Source: Tetramitus jugosus
Taxonomy: Eukaryota > Protista > Heterolobosea
Assembly (NCBI GenBank): GCA_937625935.1
Contig: OW569359.1
Coordinates: 469,597 to 533,596 of the forward strand
Reading direction: 5' to 3'
Length of the DNA: 64,000 nucleotides
In this document: positions 33,590 to 41,065 of the stretch, piece after piece
Layout: each line of letters begins with the position of its first letter
Position numbering within the stretch: the stretch's first letter is position 1
Notes under the pieces: generated by a model
The model's database searches: none
What the model was told of the DNA's origin: nothing
Seen by the model: the letters and a program-made list of their open reading frames with translations, nothing else
Program-made: the position numbers and the translations under genes

Positions 33590-35647
33590 TTATCTTCGTC
33601 TGTTCATCATCAATCTCTTTTGTGCAAGTGCCTTCATATTCTTCTTTTGAGTCACTGCAGGTTGTTGTGCATTGACACAAAATGCTAACCGTTGATCCAC
33701 GAGTGTTTGTGCCAACACCAATTGTTCCTCTGGCTCCAACTCTGGTAGATCGCTGACCGAAGTGAAGCTTGGATAAGCCTTCAGTAGGTGATCAATGGCA
33801 GGTGCATACTCGATTTCAAATTCCAATTCGTCTGGTTGTTCCACCTCGTGATAAATGCGCGTATTGGTCACAGAATGCACAAGTGTACACTTTTCTTCAT
33901 CGCTGACCACCAATCGAGCAATGCTGTTGCTGATGAATCGAATGCGTGATGATGCCTTGACAGTCTCAGTGATTGGATTCTCTTCTTGAAGATCACTCTC
34001 ATTCAAATGATTCTCATCTCGTTGTTTCTGAGAGAGTGCCATCATTGGAGGCAACCGATCGTGCAAAAACCTTGTAAACATGACATCTGCGGCATCGTCC
34101 ATTGGAACATTATCAGCAATAATATCCATGAGCTTGCTCAAATGTGCACGAAACTCTTCTCTCTTCTCTCTGCCTTGTTTCTTCTGTTCAGTGTCATCAC
34201 TATCAAGTGCACACGTCTCGTCCAGTTGCTCATGAATCATTCCCATGTAGTGTCCATATCGAACAGGAAGACTCTTGTTCAACGCAATGGCAGCCTCCTC
34301 TGAGCTCTCAGTCGCTTGTTCAATTGCCCTTGGTATTGCGCACTCCAAGTACTGTCTCCAACTCATTTTTTGAGCTGTAGAGATGGTAATGTGCAGAGAG
34401 TCTTTTTGTGGCTTGGATTCATCTTGTTCTGATGAAGAAGAAGCATTGTGATCATCACTTGTTGTTGTTGTTTTGGCTTGATGAATGGTTCCTCTTGGAC
34501 AATAGAGCAAATCACCTGGTTTTAGCTCTACTGTCGTCACAAAGCAACCTTCGACTTGTTCCTGAGTAAAGTTTGGAGAAGAGTTTTGAGCCAACATTTC
34601 ACTTGGTTCCCTCGACTGATACAGCGACCATTGTTTGGCGCCTTCCAATTGTAAAATGAACACGTCGACATCATCAAAATGAGGCGCAAACCCTTGACTG
34701 CCAGAAGACGGTGTCCAATAGGCATTACAGCCACTGCCCATCTCAAAAAACTCTTCAAATTGAGACAGCATCGAACACAGTAAATCAACGTGTTGATGAG
34801 GCCTTAGGAAGCGAATAGAGCAACGCTGAAGCTTAAAAAAATCTTGAATCATGGACCAGTCAACAACCTTGGGGAAACTAGGGTTCAGAGTATACCTCAC
34901 ACCATTCTTGTATAGAGCTACGTCCACATCATACGTATACTCCAATTCACCACTCTTTACCATTTGTGGAATGTGTTTGTCGGAGCTAAATACTCCGCTG
35001 TAGTAGTCGGGGAAACGCTTAGAGCGGTCAATGTACAAGACACGTTTTTCAAAATAATCCTTCATGAATTGAGAATGAGACATGGTGGGAAAGAGGAGCC
35101 AATCCATGAACGATGAAGCTTTGGCATATGACGAATCATATACTTGATCTTCCAAAATTTGAGAGGCTGTTGGTGGAGAATATGCACCATCATTGACACT
35201 CTTTGATGATGAAGAAGAAGACGGAACAGGTTGAATCGGTGTCGTTGACTGTTCCTCTTCTTCAGCATCAAAAACTTTTCTGTCAAAAAAGTAACCATTG
35301 ACTGTTGGAAGTGTTGTAGCTTTTGTTGTTGTTGTTGTTTTTTGTTGTTGTTGTTGTGTCATCATTGGTTTTGTCGTAGGTGTAGTTGAAGCTGCTGCTG
35401 TTGTTTTTGCTGTGAGAGTGGATTTTGGTGTAGCTCTGAAAGTTGGTGTTTTGGTGGTGGTGGTAATGGGTGTCGATGTTGTAGTTGTGGTTGTTGAGGA
35501 GGTGGGTGTGGATTTGGCGCGTTTCGTGGGTTGAGGGTGTCGTGAAGGTGTTGTGTTGGTGGCTGTAGCAGAAGATAGCGTGCGCTTTTTCATTGATGGT
35601 TTTGTGTGTGAATTTTTGTGTTTTTTGTTGTTGTGTGAAACATGCAT
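33590..35647 (-). CDS. RIOX1: Ribosomal oxygenase NO66 (JmjC/cupin); start may be 35593
   Basis: 'NAYWTP..SQGFAPHFDDVDVFILQLEGAKQW', 'PGDLLYCPRGTIHQA', 'SLHITIST'; HxD...H triad present. Confidence 0.92.
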   Translation of the reverse strand: MHVSHNNKKHKNSHTKPSMKKRTLSSATATNTTPSRHPQPTKRAKSTPTSSTTTTTTSTPITTTTKTPTFRATPKSTLTAKTTAAASTTPTTKPMMTQQQQQKTTTTTKATTLPTVNGYFFDRKVFDAEEEEQSTTPIQPVPSSSSSSKSVNDGAYSPPTASQILEDQVYDSSYAKASSFMDWLLFPTMSHSQFMKDYFEKRVLYIDRSKRFPDYYSGVFSSDKHIPQMVKSGELEYTYDVDVALYKNGVRYTLNPSFPKVVDWSMIQDFFKLQRCSIRFLRPHQHVDLLCSMLSQFEEFFEMGSGCNAYWTPSSGSQGFAPHFDDVDVFILQLEGAKQWSLYQSREPSEMLAQNSSPNFTQEQVEGCFVTTVELKPGDLLYCPRGTIHQAKTTTTSDDHNASSSSEQDESKPQKDSLHITISTAQKMSWRQYLECAIPRAIEQATESSEEAAIALNKSLPVRYGHYMGMIHEQLDETCALDSDDTEQKKQGREKREEFRAHLSKLMDIIADNVPMDDAADVMFTRFLHDRLPPMMALSQKQRDENHLNESDLQEENPITETVKASSRIRFISNSIARLVVSDEEKCTLVHSVTNTRIYHEVEQPDELEFEIEYAPAIDHLLKAYPSFTSVSDLPELEPEEQLVLAQTLVDQRLAFCVNAQQPAVTQKKNMKALAQKRLMMNRRR

Positions 35648-35724
35648 GTTTGTTTTTCACACAAGGTTCGTAAGCAACATCGTGGAAGGTTAAATTCAAG
35701 TTCTTCTATTTTATTGAAAGTAGG

Positions 35725-35855
35725 AAAATGGATCAGAAACTCGGAATAGAGCTCTGATCCACCAGTGGCTTTGCCACCGTGCACTATGAGGTCTTCAAAC
35801 TGGTGTGTTATCTGAGTTGGATTGGTGCTCAAACCCTATTGGTACCTCGATCGCT
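35725..35855 (-). ncRNA. Putative structured small RNA, copy 1 (type A); 5' end approximate
   Basis: Box CCUCAUAGUGCA (35791-35780), hairpin CGGUGGC-AAA-GCCACUG (35779-35763), hairpin with UAUUCC loop (35761-35729), then UUUU; structure conserved with covariation against copies 2 and 3. Confidence 0.7.
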
Positions 35856-35898
35856 TGGAGATTAAAACGCGAAAGAAGTCTGACAAAGACCACCAGAT

Positions 35899-35909
35899 CG
35901 ATGTGGTTT
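35899..35909 (-). promoter_or_regulatory. USE/DUSE-like upstream element of ncRNA copy 1 (AAACCACATCG)
   Basis: Lies at the same distance (within 3 nt) from the hairpins as the motif in copies 2 and 3, although the intervening sequence is unrelated. Confidence 0.55.
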
Positions 35910-36125
35910 GAGGGATTTGTGAAACCACTGATGTAAAAAAAGTTCCTCTGTGAAAGTTCCTCGATCTACAAAAGCATGGAAATGAAAAAATTATCTGGAA
36001 ATGAAAAATGCGATTGCGATTTATGTTGAGCAATTTTGTCTGTTTGCAACAAGAAAAAACAACCTCCAGAAGTCACAACAAGTTAACAACAAGAACCAAC
36101 TCAATCTCACAAATACAATAATACA

Positions 36126-36377
36126 ATGGCCAGCTCAAATACCTCAAGAAGAAACATTATCAAGAAGTGCTCCCTCACCCTCAAGGAACCAAGCACCCTC
36201 TCGCCAAAGAACATTATCGCAAAGGGAACAAGAACGCGAAGAAATATCAATTACAATGAAACTGCATTGTCAAGAGCAGCTCTATCTGGTGTGATTAGCA
36301 AGAAGAAGGGAAGAATCAGCTCTAAGAATCAGCTCAAAGAACACGCTGGAAAAGAGAACTACTTCTCATTGAGTTGA
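36126..36377 (+). CDS. 83-aa basic microprotein with a CHZ-like motif and D-box/KEN-like degrons
   Basis: A-rich ATG context, downstream AATAAA; 'NIIAKGTRTRRNINYNETA'; a diverged paralogous remnant lies about 600 bp downstream. Confidence 0.65.
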   Translation: MASSNTSRRNIIKKCSLTLKEPSTLSPKNIIAKGTRTRRNINYNETALSRAALSGVISKKKGRISSKNQLKEHAGKENYFSLS

Positions 36378-36468
36378 GAACCTTTCACTTGTAAATATGT
36401 AATAAACACTAACTAGGAATCCCATCTGAGATGTTTCAAATGATGCTAACTTCTGTTGTTTGGGAAAG

Positions 36469-36602
36469 AAAATGGGATCACAACTCGGAATAGAGCGCGA
36501 TCCCACAAGCCACTTTGTGACTCTGAACTGTGAGGCAGTTACGAAGAAATAATCAGTAAATTGGTTGCTTTGGTTGTTGGAAAAGAAGATTTAGCCATTC
36601 TT
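36469..36602 (-). ncRNA. Putative structured small RNA, copy 2 (type B); 5' end approximate
   Basis: Box CCUCACAGUUCA (36535-36524), hairpin GAGUCAC-AAA-GUGGCUU (36523-36507), hairpin with UAUUCC loop (36505-36473), then UUUU; 137 nt identical to copy 3. Confidence 0.7.
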
Positions 36603-36645
36603 TTCGCTCATTTATCTTCTTGTTTTACTCTTGCAGGAAAGGTTT

Positions 36646-36656
36646 CAATGTGGGAT
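36646..36656 (-). promoter_or_regulatory. USE/DUSE-like upstream element of ncRNA copy 2 (ATCCCACATTG)
   Basis: One mismatch to the plant snRNA USE consensus RTCCCACATCG; position conserved across copies. Confidence 0.55.
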
Positions 36657-36754
36657 GAAGGTTTCTTCTTGTTCGTAAATCTAGTTCCACGGACGCACTA
36701 TTCATCTCATTTTCAACTGCATAATGTATCTCGCGATCGCAATACTGTGGCACG

Positions 36755-36937
36755 ATCAAGAAGTGCTCACTCAAAGAACCAAGCAACCTTTAGCCAAAGA
36801 ACATTGTTGAAAAGGGAACAAGAGGGAGGAGAATCATTAACTACAATGAAACTGCATTGTCAAGAGCTGCCCTCTCTGGTGTGATTAGCAAGAAGAAGGG
36901 AAGAATCAGCTCTAAGAATACTACTGCTTCTCATTGA
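36755..36937 (+). pseudogene. Degenerate copy of the 83-aa CHZ-like microprotein gene
   Basis: High nucleotide similarity to 36159-36375; no ATG, a small deletion, in-frame TAG at 36791-36793, and loss of the KEN segment. Confidence 0.85.
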
Positions 36938-37599
36938 AAATTTCATTTGTAATTATACGAGGATCCACTTTTAAGCAAAAGCCTACATTACTGAGGGTTC
37001 TCGAGTAGTCTCCTATCTCAATACTAACTCAGCCAGATGGCGCTTAACTTCTCTATTCGAAATGGGAAGAGGTGGTTCCACCATTGTATGAACGTAGACA
37101 CCCGAAAAGTGAAATTGTGCTATTTCCACGTTTTCACGGACTTCTGCTATCTGTGATCACGACCCTCCTCCATTTATTCACGCCAACGAAATGGTGACCA
37201 AGGGCTATTGCTATGTGGGCGATGGCTGATGAAAACAACAGACAATAAAGTGTGCAACCGAAATGGTTGTACTAAAAAAAATCACTGCTTCTGCAAAGGT
37301 CACTGAGGGTCCTTGCACATCTTGAGGGCGTTCACGACAACGAAGACAAAAGGTAATTAATAGTATTGTAATGCAGCTTAAGATGGATAAAACAGTAACC
37401 ACCCCTTGCGGGATTTTTCTTGAATGATGAATAAGGAAAATTGCTGTAGTGGTTGCTTACGACTCATGGCCTGAGATGCAACAAAAGAGATGGCAAGGAT
37501 GAAATTGCCCGTTTTTATTATGGTTTTGTGGAACTTGAGGGAAGCTGCATGTGGAACATTTTTGTGTGGAACTACAATCGCAAAGTGCATGAAGGCGAC

Positions 37600-37940
37600 C
37601 ACTGAAATTTGTTCTGCTCTTTGCACGGATACACTCGAGAATGGTTACAATTGAGTTACACTTGCAAAGGAATCAACCAAATTAAATTCAATCGATGGCC
37701 TTTACTCATTTGGTTGGTATTCACACTTATTATGAGTTATTGTATGAGGATTACAATGCATTTCAGTATTTGACTGGCTCCGAAAGAGTTCGGAGACTTA
37801 CACTGGATGGATGTGATCAAGAATCCATCACAGAGAAAGGATTCCTTTTCTTGAAGGGTATTCACACTTCGTTGGTATCGTAGCCGAAGACCCTGCCTTT
37901 AAAAAGAAGGTGATTGGTTATTGCAATGACAGGATAAATA
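37600..37940 (+). pseudogene. Internally deleted copy of the F-box/LRR gene
   Basis: Shares 'gaaatttgttctgc', 'caattgagttacacttgcaaaggaat' and LRR text 'GIHT', 'GCDQESITEKG' with 38375-39289; deletions and stops. Confidence 0.85.
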
Positions 37941-38105
37941 CATTATCAGTACAGTAAAAGAGAATCAGCAACAGATCCAATGGCAACTTGGTCTAAATTC
38001 GAGGTAGTTACAGAGTGCTTGGTTGTGGTACACTTAGTATCAACCTTGCTCAGAACTCAAGTGGGTCTGTTACTTAAATTATTGTTAACTTCTGTTGTTT
38101 TCAAG

Positions 38106-38239
38106 AAAATGGGATCACAACTCGGAATAGAGCGCGATCCCACAAGCCACTTTGTGACTCTGAACTGTGAGGCAGTTACGAAGAAATAATCAGTAAATTG
38201 GTTGCTTTGGTTGTTGGAAAAGAAGATTTAGCCATTCTT
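38106..38239 (-). ncRNA. Putative structured small RNA, copy 3 (type B); 5' end approximate
   Basis: 38103-38239 is identical to 36466-36602 (offset 1637) while the flanks are homologous but clearly diverged. Confidence 0.7.
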
Positions 38240-38282
38240 GCTGCCATTTTATCTTCTCAGTTTACTCTTTCACGATGACATT

Positions 38283-38293
38283 CAGTGTGGGTT
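38283..38293 (-). promoter_or_regulatory. USE/DUSE-like upstream element of ncRNA copy 3 (AACCCACACTG)
   Basis: Same offset from the hairpins as in copy 2. Confidence 0.5.
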
Positions 38294-38374
38294 GAAGCAC
38301 GGTACAAATAGAGGAGAATTCATGTTCGATAAATTTAGTTCTTCTCATCCAAAATTGAGAACATCCCAAAAGAA

Positions 38375-39289
38375 ATGATTGAAATTTGTTCTGCATTCTG
38401 CAAAGACATATGGACGAAAATCATTGAATTTTGTGACACTAGCTCATGGTTGCAATTGAGTTACACTTGCAAAGGAATTAATCAATTCAAATTCAATCGA
38501 AATCTCATGTTCAACAAGAGGAGAACACTGAAACGAGCTTTGGAAAATGAAGAGATTGAACACTGTTTTCGATTGGGAGAAGGAACATTGTTCAATGTTC
38601 ACTTGAACAAGAATCCGCATGTAGTGGATGACCATTTTCAATTCTTGAAAGGTATCCACACATTTAAGATGAGTTACTGCTATCAAATCCAAGATCAGGC
38701 ATTTCGTTATTTGAAGGGTATTCACACACTCGATATGGATGGTTGTTCTCAAATTACAGACAATGCATTTCCTCATTTGACAGGGATTCACACACTCTGT
38801 ATGAGTTATTGTAATCGAGTCACAGACAATTCATTCTATTATTTGAATGGTATTCACACACTAGATGTGAGTTGGTGTCAGAATGTCACTGACACTGCAT
38901 TTTCTCATTTGACTGGCATTCATACACTCTGTATGAGTGATTGCACTCAAATCACAAACAATGCATTCTGTTATTTGACTGGCATTCATACCCTCAACAT
39001 GAGCGATTGTAAGCACATCACTGACACTGCATTTTCTCATTTGATTGGTATTCAATCGCTCGATATGAGTGGTTGTAATCAAGTCACAGACAATGCTTTT
39101 CCTTACTTGGTGGGAATCCACACACTTATTATGAATGGATGCAATCAAGAATCAATCACAGAGAAGGCATTATCGTATTTGAAAGATATTCACATATTCA
39201 TATGGTTTCAGAGCGGACGAGACCACGATTTCATCAACAAGGTTGTCAATTATTCAGAGTACAGTCCAGCGACTCTTCAGATTGCTTAG
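38375..39289 (+). CDS. F-box-like + leucine-rich repeat protein (about 9 tandem 22-aa LRRs)
   Basis: F-box-like 'DIWTKIIEFC...WLQLSYTCK'; repeats of the form I/VTDxAFxxLxGIHTLxMSxCxx. Confidence 0.88.
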   Translation: MIEICSAFCKDIWTKIIEFCDTSSWLQLSYTCKGINQFKFNRNLMFNKRRTLKRALENEEIEHCFRLGEGTLFNVHLNKNPHVVDDHFQFLKGIHTFKMSYCYQIQDQAFRYLKGIHTLDMDGCSQITDNAFPHLTGIHTLCMSYCNRVTDNSFYYLNGIHTLDVSWCQNVTDTAFSHLTGIHTLCMSDCTQITNNAFCYLTGIHTLNMSDCKHITDTAFSHLIGIQSLDMSGCNQVTDNAFPYLVGIHTLIMNGCNQESITEKALSYLKDIHIFIWFQSGRDHDFINKVVNYSEYSPATLQIA

Positions 39290-39468
39290 TTTGCATCAAC
39301 AACTTCTGGGGCCTAATAATAAAAAGTTACTGAAAAGTATGAGGAGAACAAATGTATTTCAGACGATAAGGTTCAGTTTCTCCCACAGGTCAAAGCTCCA
39401 TTGATTAGTAACACAAGAACCTTTTTCCCTCTGATCCCAATCAGGTAAAGGAAGTTTACGGTCATTGT

Positions 39469-39997
39469 ATGTGCATTCGATATGAGACTATAGAGCCCAC
39501 GGATGCACTTCTTAGTCTCGATTTAGACCAATTGGAACATGGTCGCAACAAGGATCCAAATGAGAGTGAATTGAGTCATAGTGATAATACTCTGGAATGG
39601 AAAGTTGTGGAGCAGGGATTGGCGAAGCCTTGTCCACGTGCGTTTTCTTCTCTTGTCGAGGTATTCAGATTGAACCCACCTCAAATCATTCTTGTGTGTG
39701 TCACACGGTGCAATGACATCTGTACTCACCCGGGACTCTCGAATACTATTGTTCGGAGGACGTAGAAAGAATGAATTTATCAACTCGCCGACAGAACTAA
39801 CATCCGCGATCACGGAGAAAGGCTTATTGTATTTGAAGAATATTCACACACTTACTTGGCATAGTAGCAGACGAGATGTTGATTTCATCAACAGGGTGGT
39901 CAAGCATTACGAGAACAGCTCAACTATTCTTCGCATTTACAGAGAAGAGGTGGGTAGTTTCGATGAATTCCTTGCTTTGCAAGGACGTCTACAATAA
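39469..39997 (+). pseudogene. Frameshifted kelch-repeat remnant fused to a C-terminal fragment of the F-box/LRR gene
   Basis: 'LEWKVV....PCPRAF', 'RILLFGGR', then 'ITEKGLLYLKNIHTLTW...RDVDFINRVV' matching the end of 38375-39289. Confidence 0.6.
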
Positions 39998-40040
39998 AAT
40001 ATAAGATTGGAACTGTATTAAGAAAAGGTAAGTACTCTCA

Positions 40041-40958
40041 TTACTCTTGTGGCAAGTACTTTTTCAGAATGGCTGCCAATCGAATCTTGTTCTCTTCACT
40101 GATCGTGTTCAATGGTGTCATAATAGAGAACTTCATGGCTCCGTGCACATGATCATTCGTGTACTTGTTGTCCTTCAATTTTTGAACCAATCGAGTCACA
40201 ATGGACTGAGCATTGGTTCCATTTTGATGCAACACCTTGAGGACCATCTCCACAGTCACATTTCCATGATCCAAATTCCAGCAATCATAATCAGTCACCG
40301 TAGCAATACAACTGTAGGCAATTTCAGCTTCTCTGGCCAATTTTGCTTCCTGGAGACAAGTCATTCCAATCACCTTTCCATTGCACATTCTGTAAAACTC
40401 TGATTCACTTCTAGTGCTGAATGCAGGTCCTTCCATGCACACATAGGTACCTCCCATGTGAACCTTGACTTCTTCATGATTATCAAACGCTTTTTCATTC
40501 AAAAGCTCTTGCACGCTATCGTAGAGCATTTTGCTCAGAATCGGACAAACTGGATCTCCGAAGCCCGCATGCGCAACTACTCCGCTTCCAAAAAAGGTGT
40601 CCTTACGGATACCTTTCGTGCGGTCCAAGAATTGGTCAACTACGACCAAGTGTTGCGGAGCCACTTCCATTTGCAAACTACCGACAGCTCCGACACCCAA
40701 CAAGTACTTTACACCGAGCAGTTTCATGGCATAAATGTTGGCTTGGAAGGGAACTTCAGATGGGGTCAAACGATGGTTGACATCGTGTCTGGCCAAGAAG
40801 GCAACCTTTTCACCGTGCAATTCACCAACAATAATGGGTGAAGATGGCTTACCGAATGGAGTATCAATTTCATAGACTTGAACATTGGTCATTTCCTTCA
40901 TTTTGTAGAGTCCGGATCCACCAATCACGGCAATTTCAACTGTTGGTAAGTCTGTCAT
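40041..40958 (-). CDS. MTAP: S-methyl-5'-thioadenosine phosphorylase
   Basis: 'IGGSGLY', 'TPFGKPS', 'FLARH', 'DQFLDRT', 'MEGPAFSTRSES', 'GMT..EAKLAREAEI', 'TDYDCW'. Confidence 0.97.
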   Translation of the reverse strand: MTDLPTVEIAVIGGSGLYKMKEMTNVQVYEIDTPFGKPSSPIIVGELHGEKVAFLARHDVNHRLTPSEVPFQANIYAMKLLGVKYLLGVGAVGSLQMEVAPQHLVVVDQFLDRTKGIRKDTFFGSGVVAHAGFGDPVCPILSKMLYDSVQELLNEKAFDNHEEVKVHMGGTYVCMEGPAFSTRSESEFYRMCNGKVIGMTCLQEAKLAREAEIAYSCIATVTDYDCWNLDHGNVTVEMVLKVLHQNGTNAQSIVTRLVQKLKDNKYTNDHVHGAMKFSIMTPLNTISEENKIRLAAILKKYLPQE

Positions 40959-41065
40959 CTTATTTTGTTGTTATATTGTTGTTTTGTTTGTTTTGTTGTT
41001 TGTTTTTGTGTGAAAATTTTCTTTTGGTGGCGGCGGAACGGAGAAATAATACAATGAAGGCGGAG

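Noticed and set aside
35780-35791. Box CCUCAYAG resembles the Dictyostelium Class I RNA motif CCUUACAGCAA
   Set aside because: Class I RNAs are shorter, are closed by a terminal stem and are known only from dictyostelids; the architecture differs.
35590-35832. 80-aa minus-strand ORF over ncRNA copy 1 as a protein gene
   Set aside because: Non-ATG start; the homologous frame in copies 2 and 3 has a stop; the substitutions preserve base pairing rather than codons.
35755-35835. tRNA-Sec-like words on the + strand (TGATCC..CAGTGG, CTTCAAA)
   Set aside because: No anticodon stem, T-arm or acceptor stem can be formed, and the words are not conserved in copies 2 and 3.
36522-36595. Loose resemblance of the + strand to an 18S rRNA segment (GAGGTAGTGAC..AAATAAC, from memory)
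   Set aside because: Short, gapped and absent from copy 1; not enough to call an rRNA fragment. A BLAST against the organism's rDNA would settle it.
35725-38239. CRISPR array, Helitron end or Fanzor locus interpretation of the repeats
   Set aside because: Copies are 0.7-1.6 kb apart with genes in between; no nuclease, transposase, terminal inverted repeat or target-site duplication was seen in the window.
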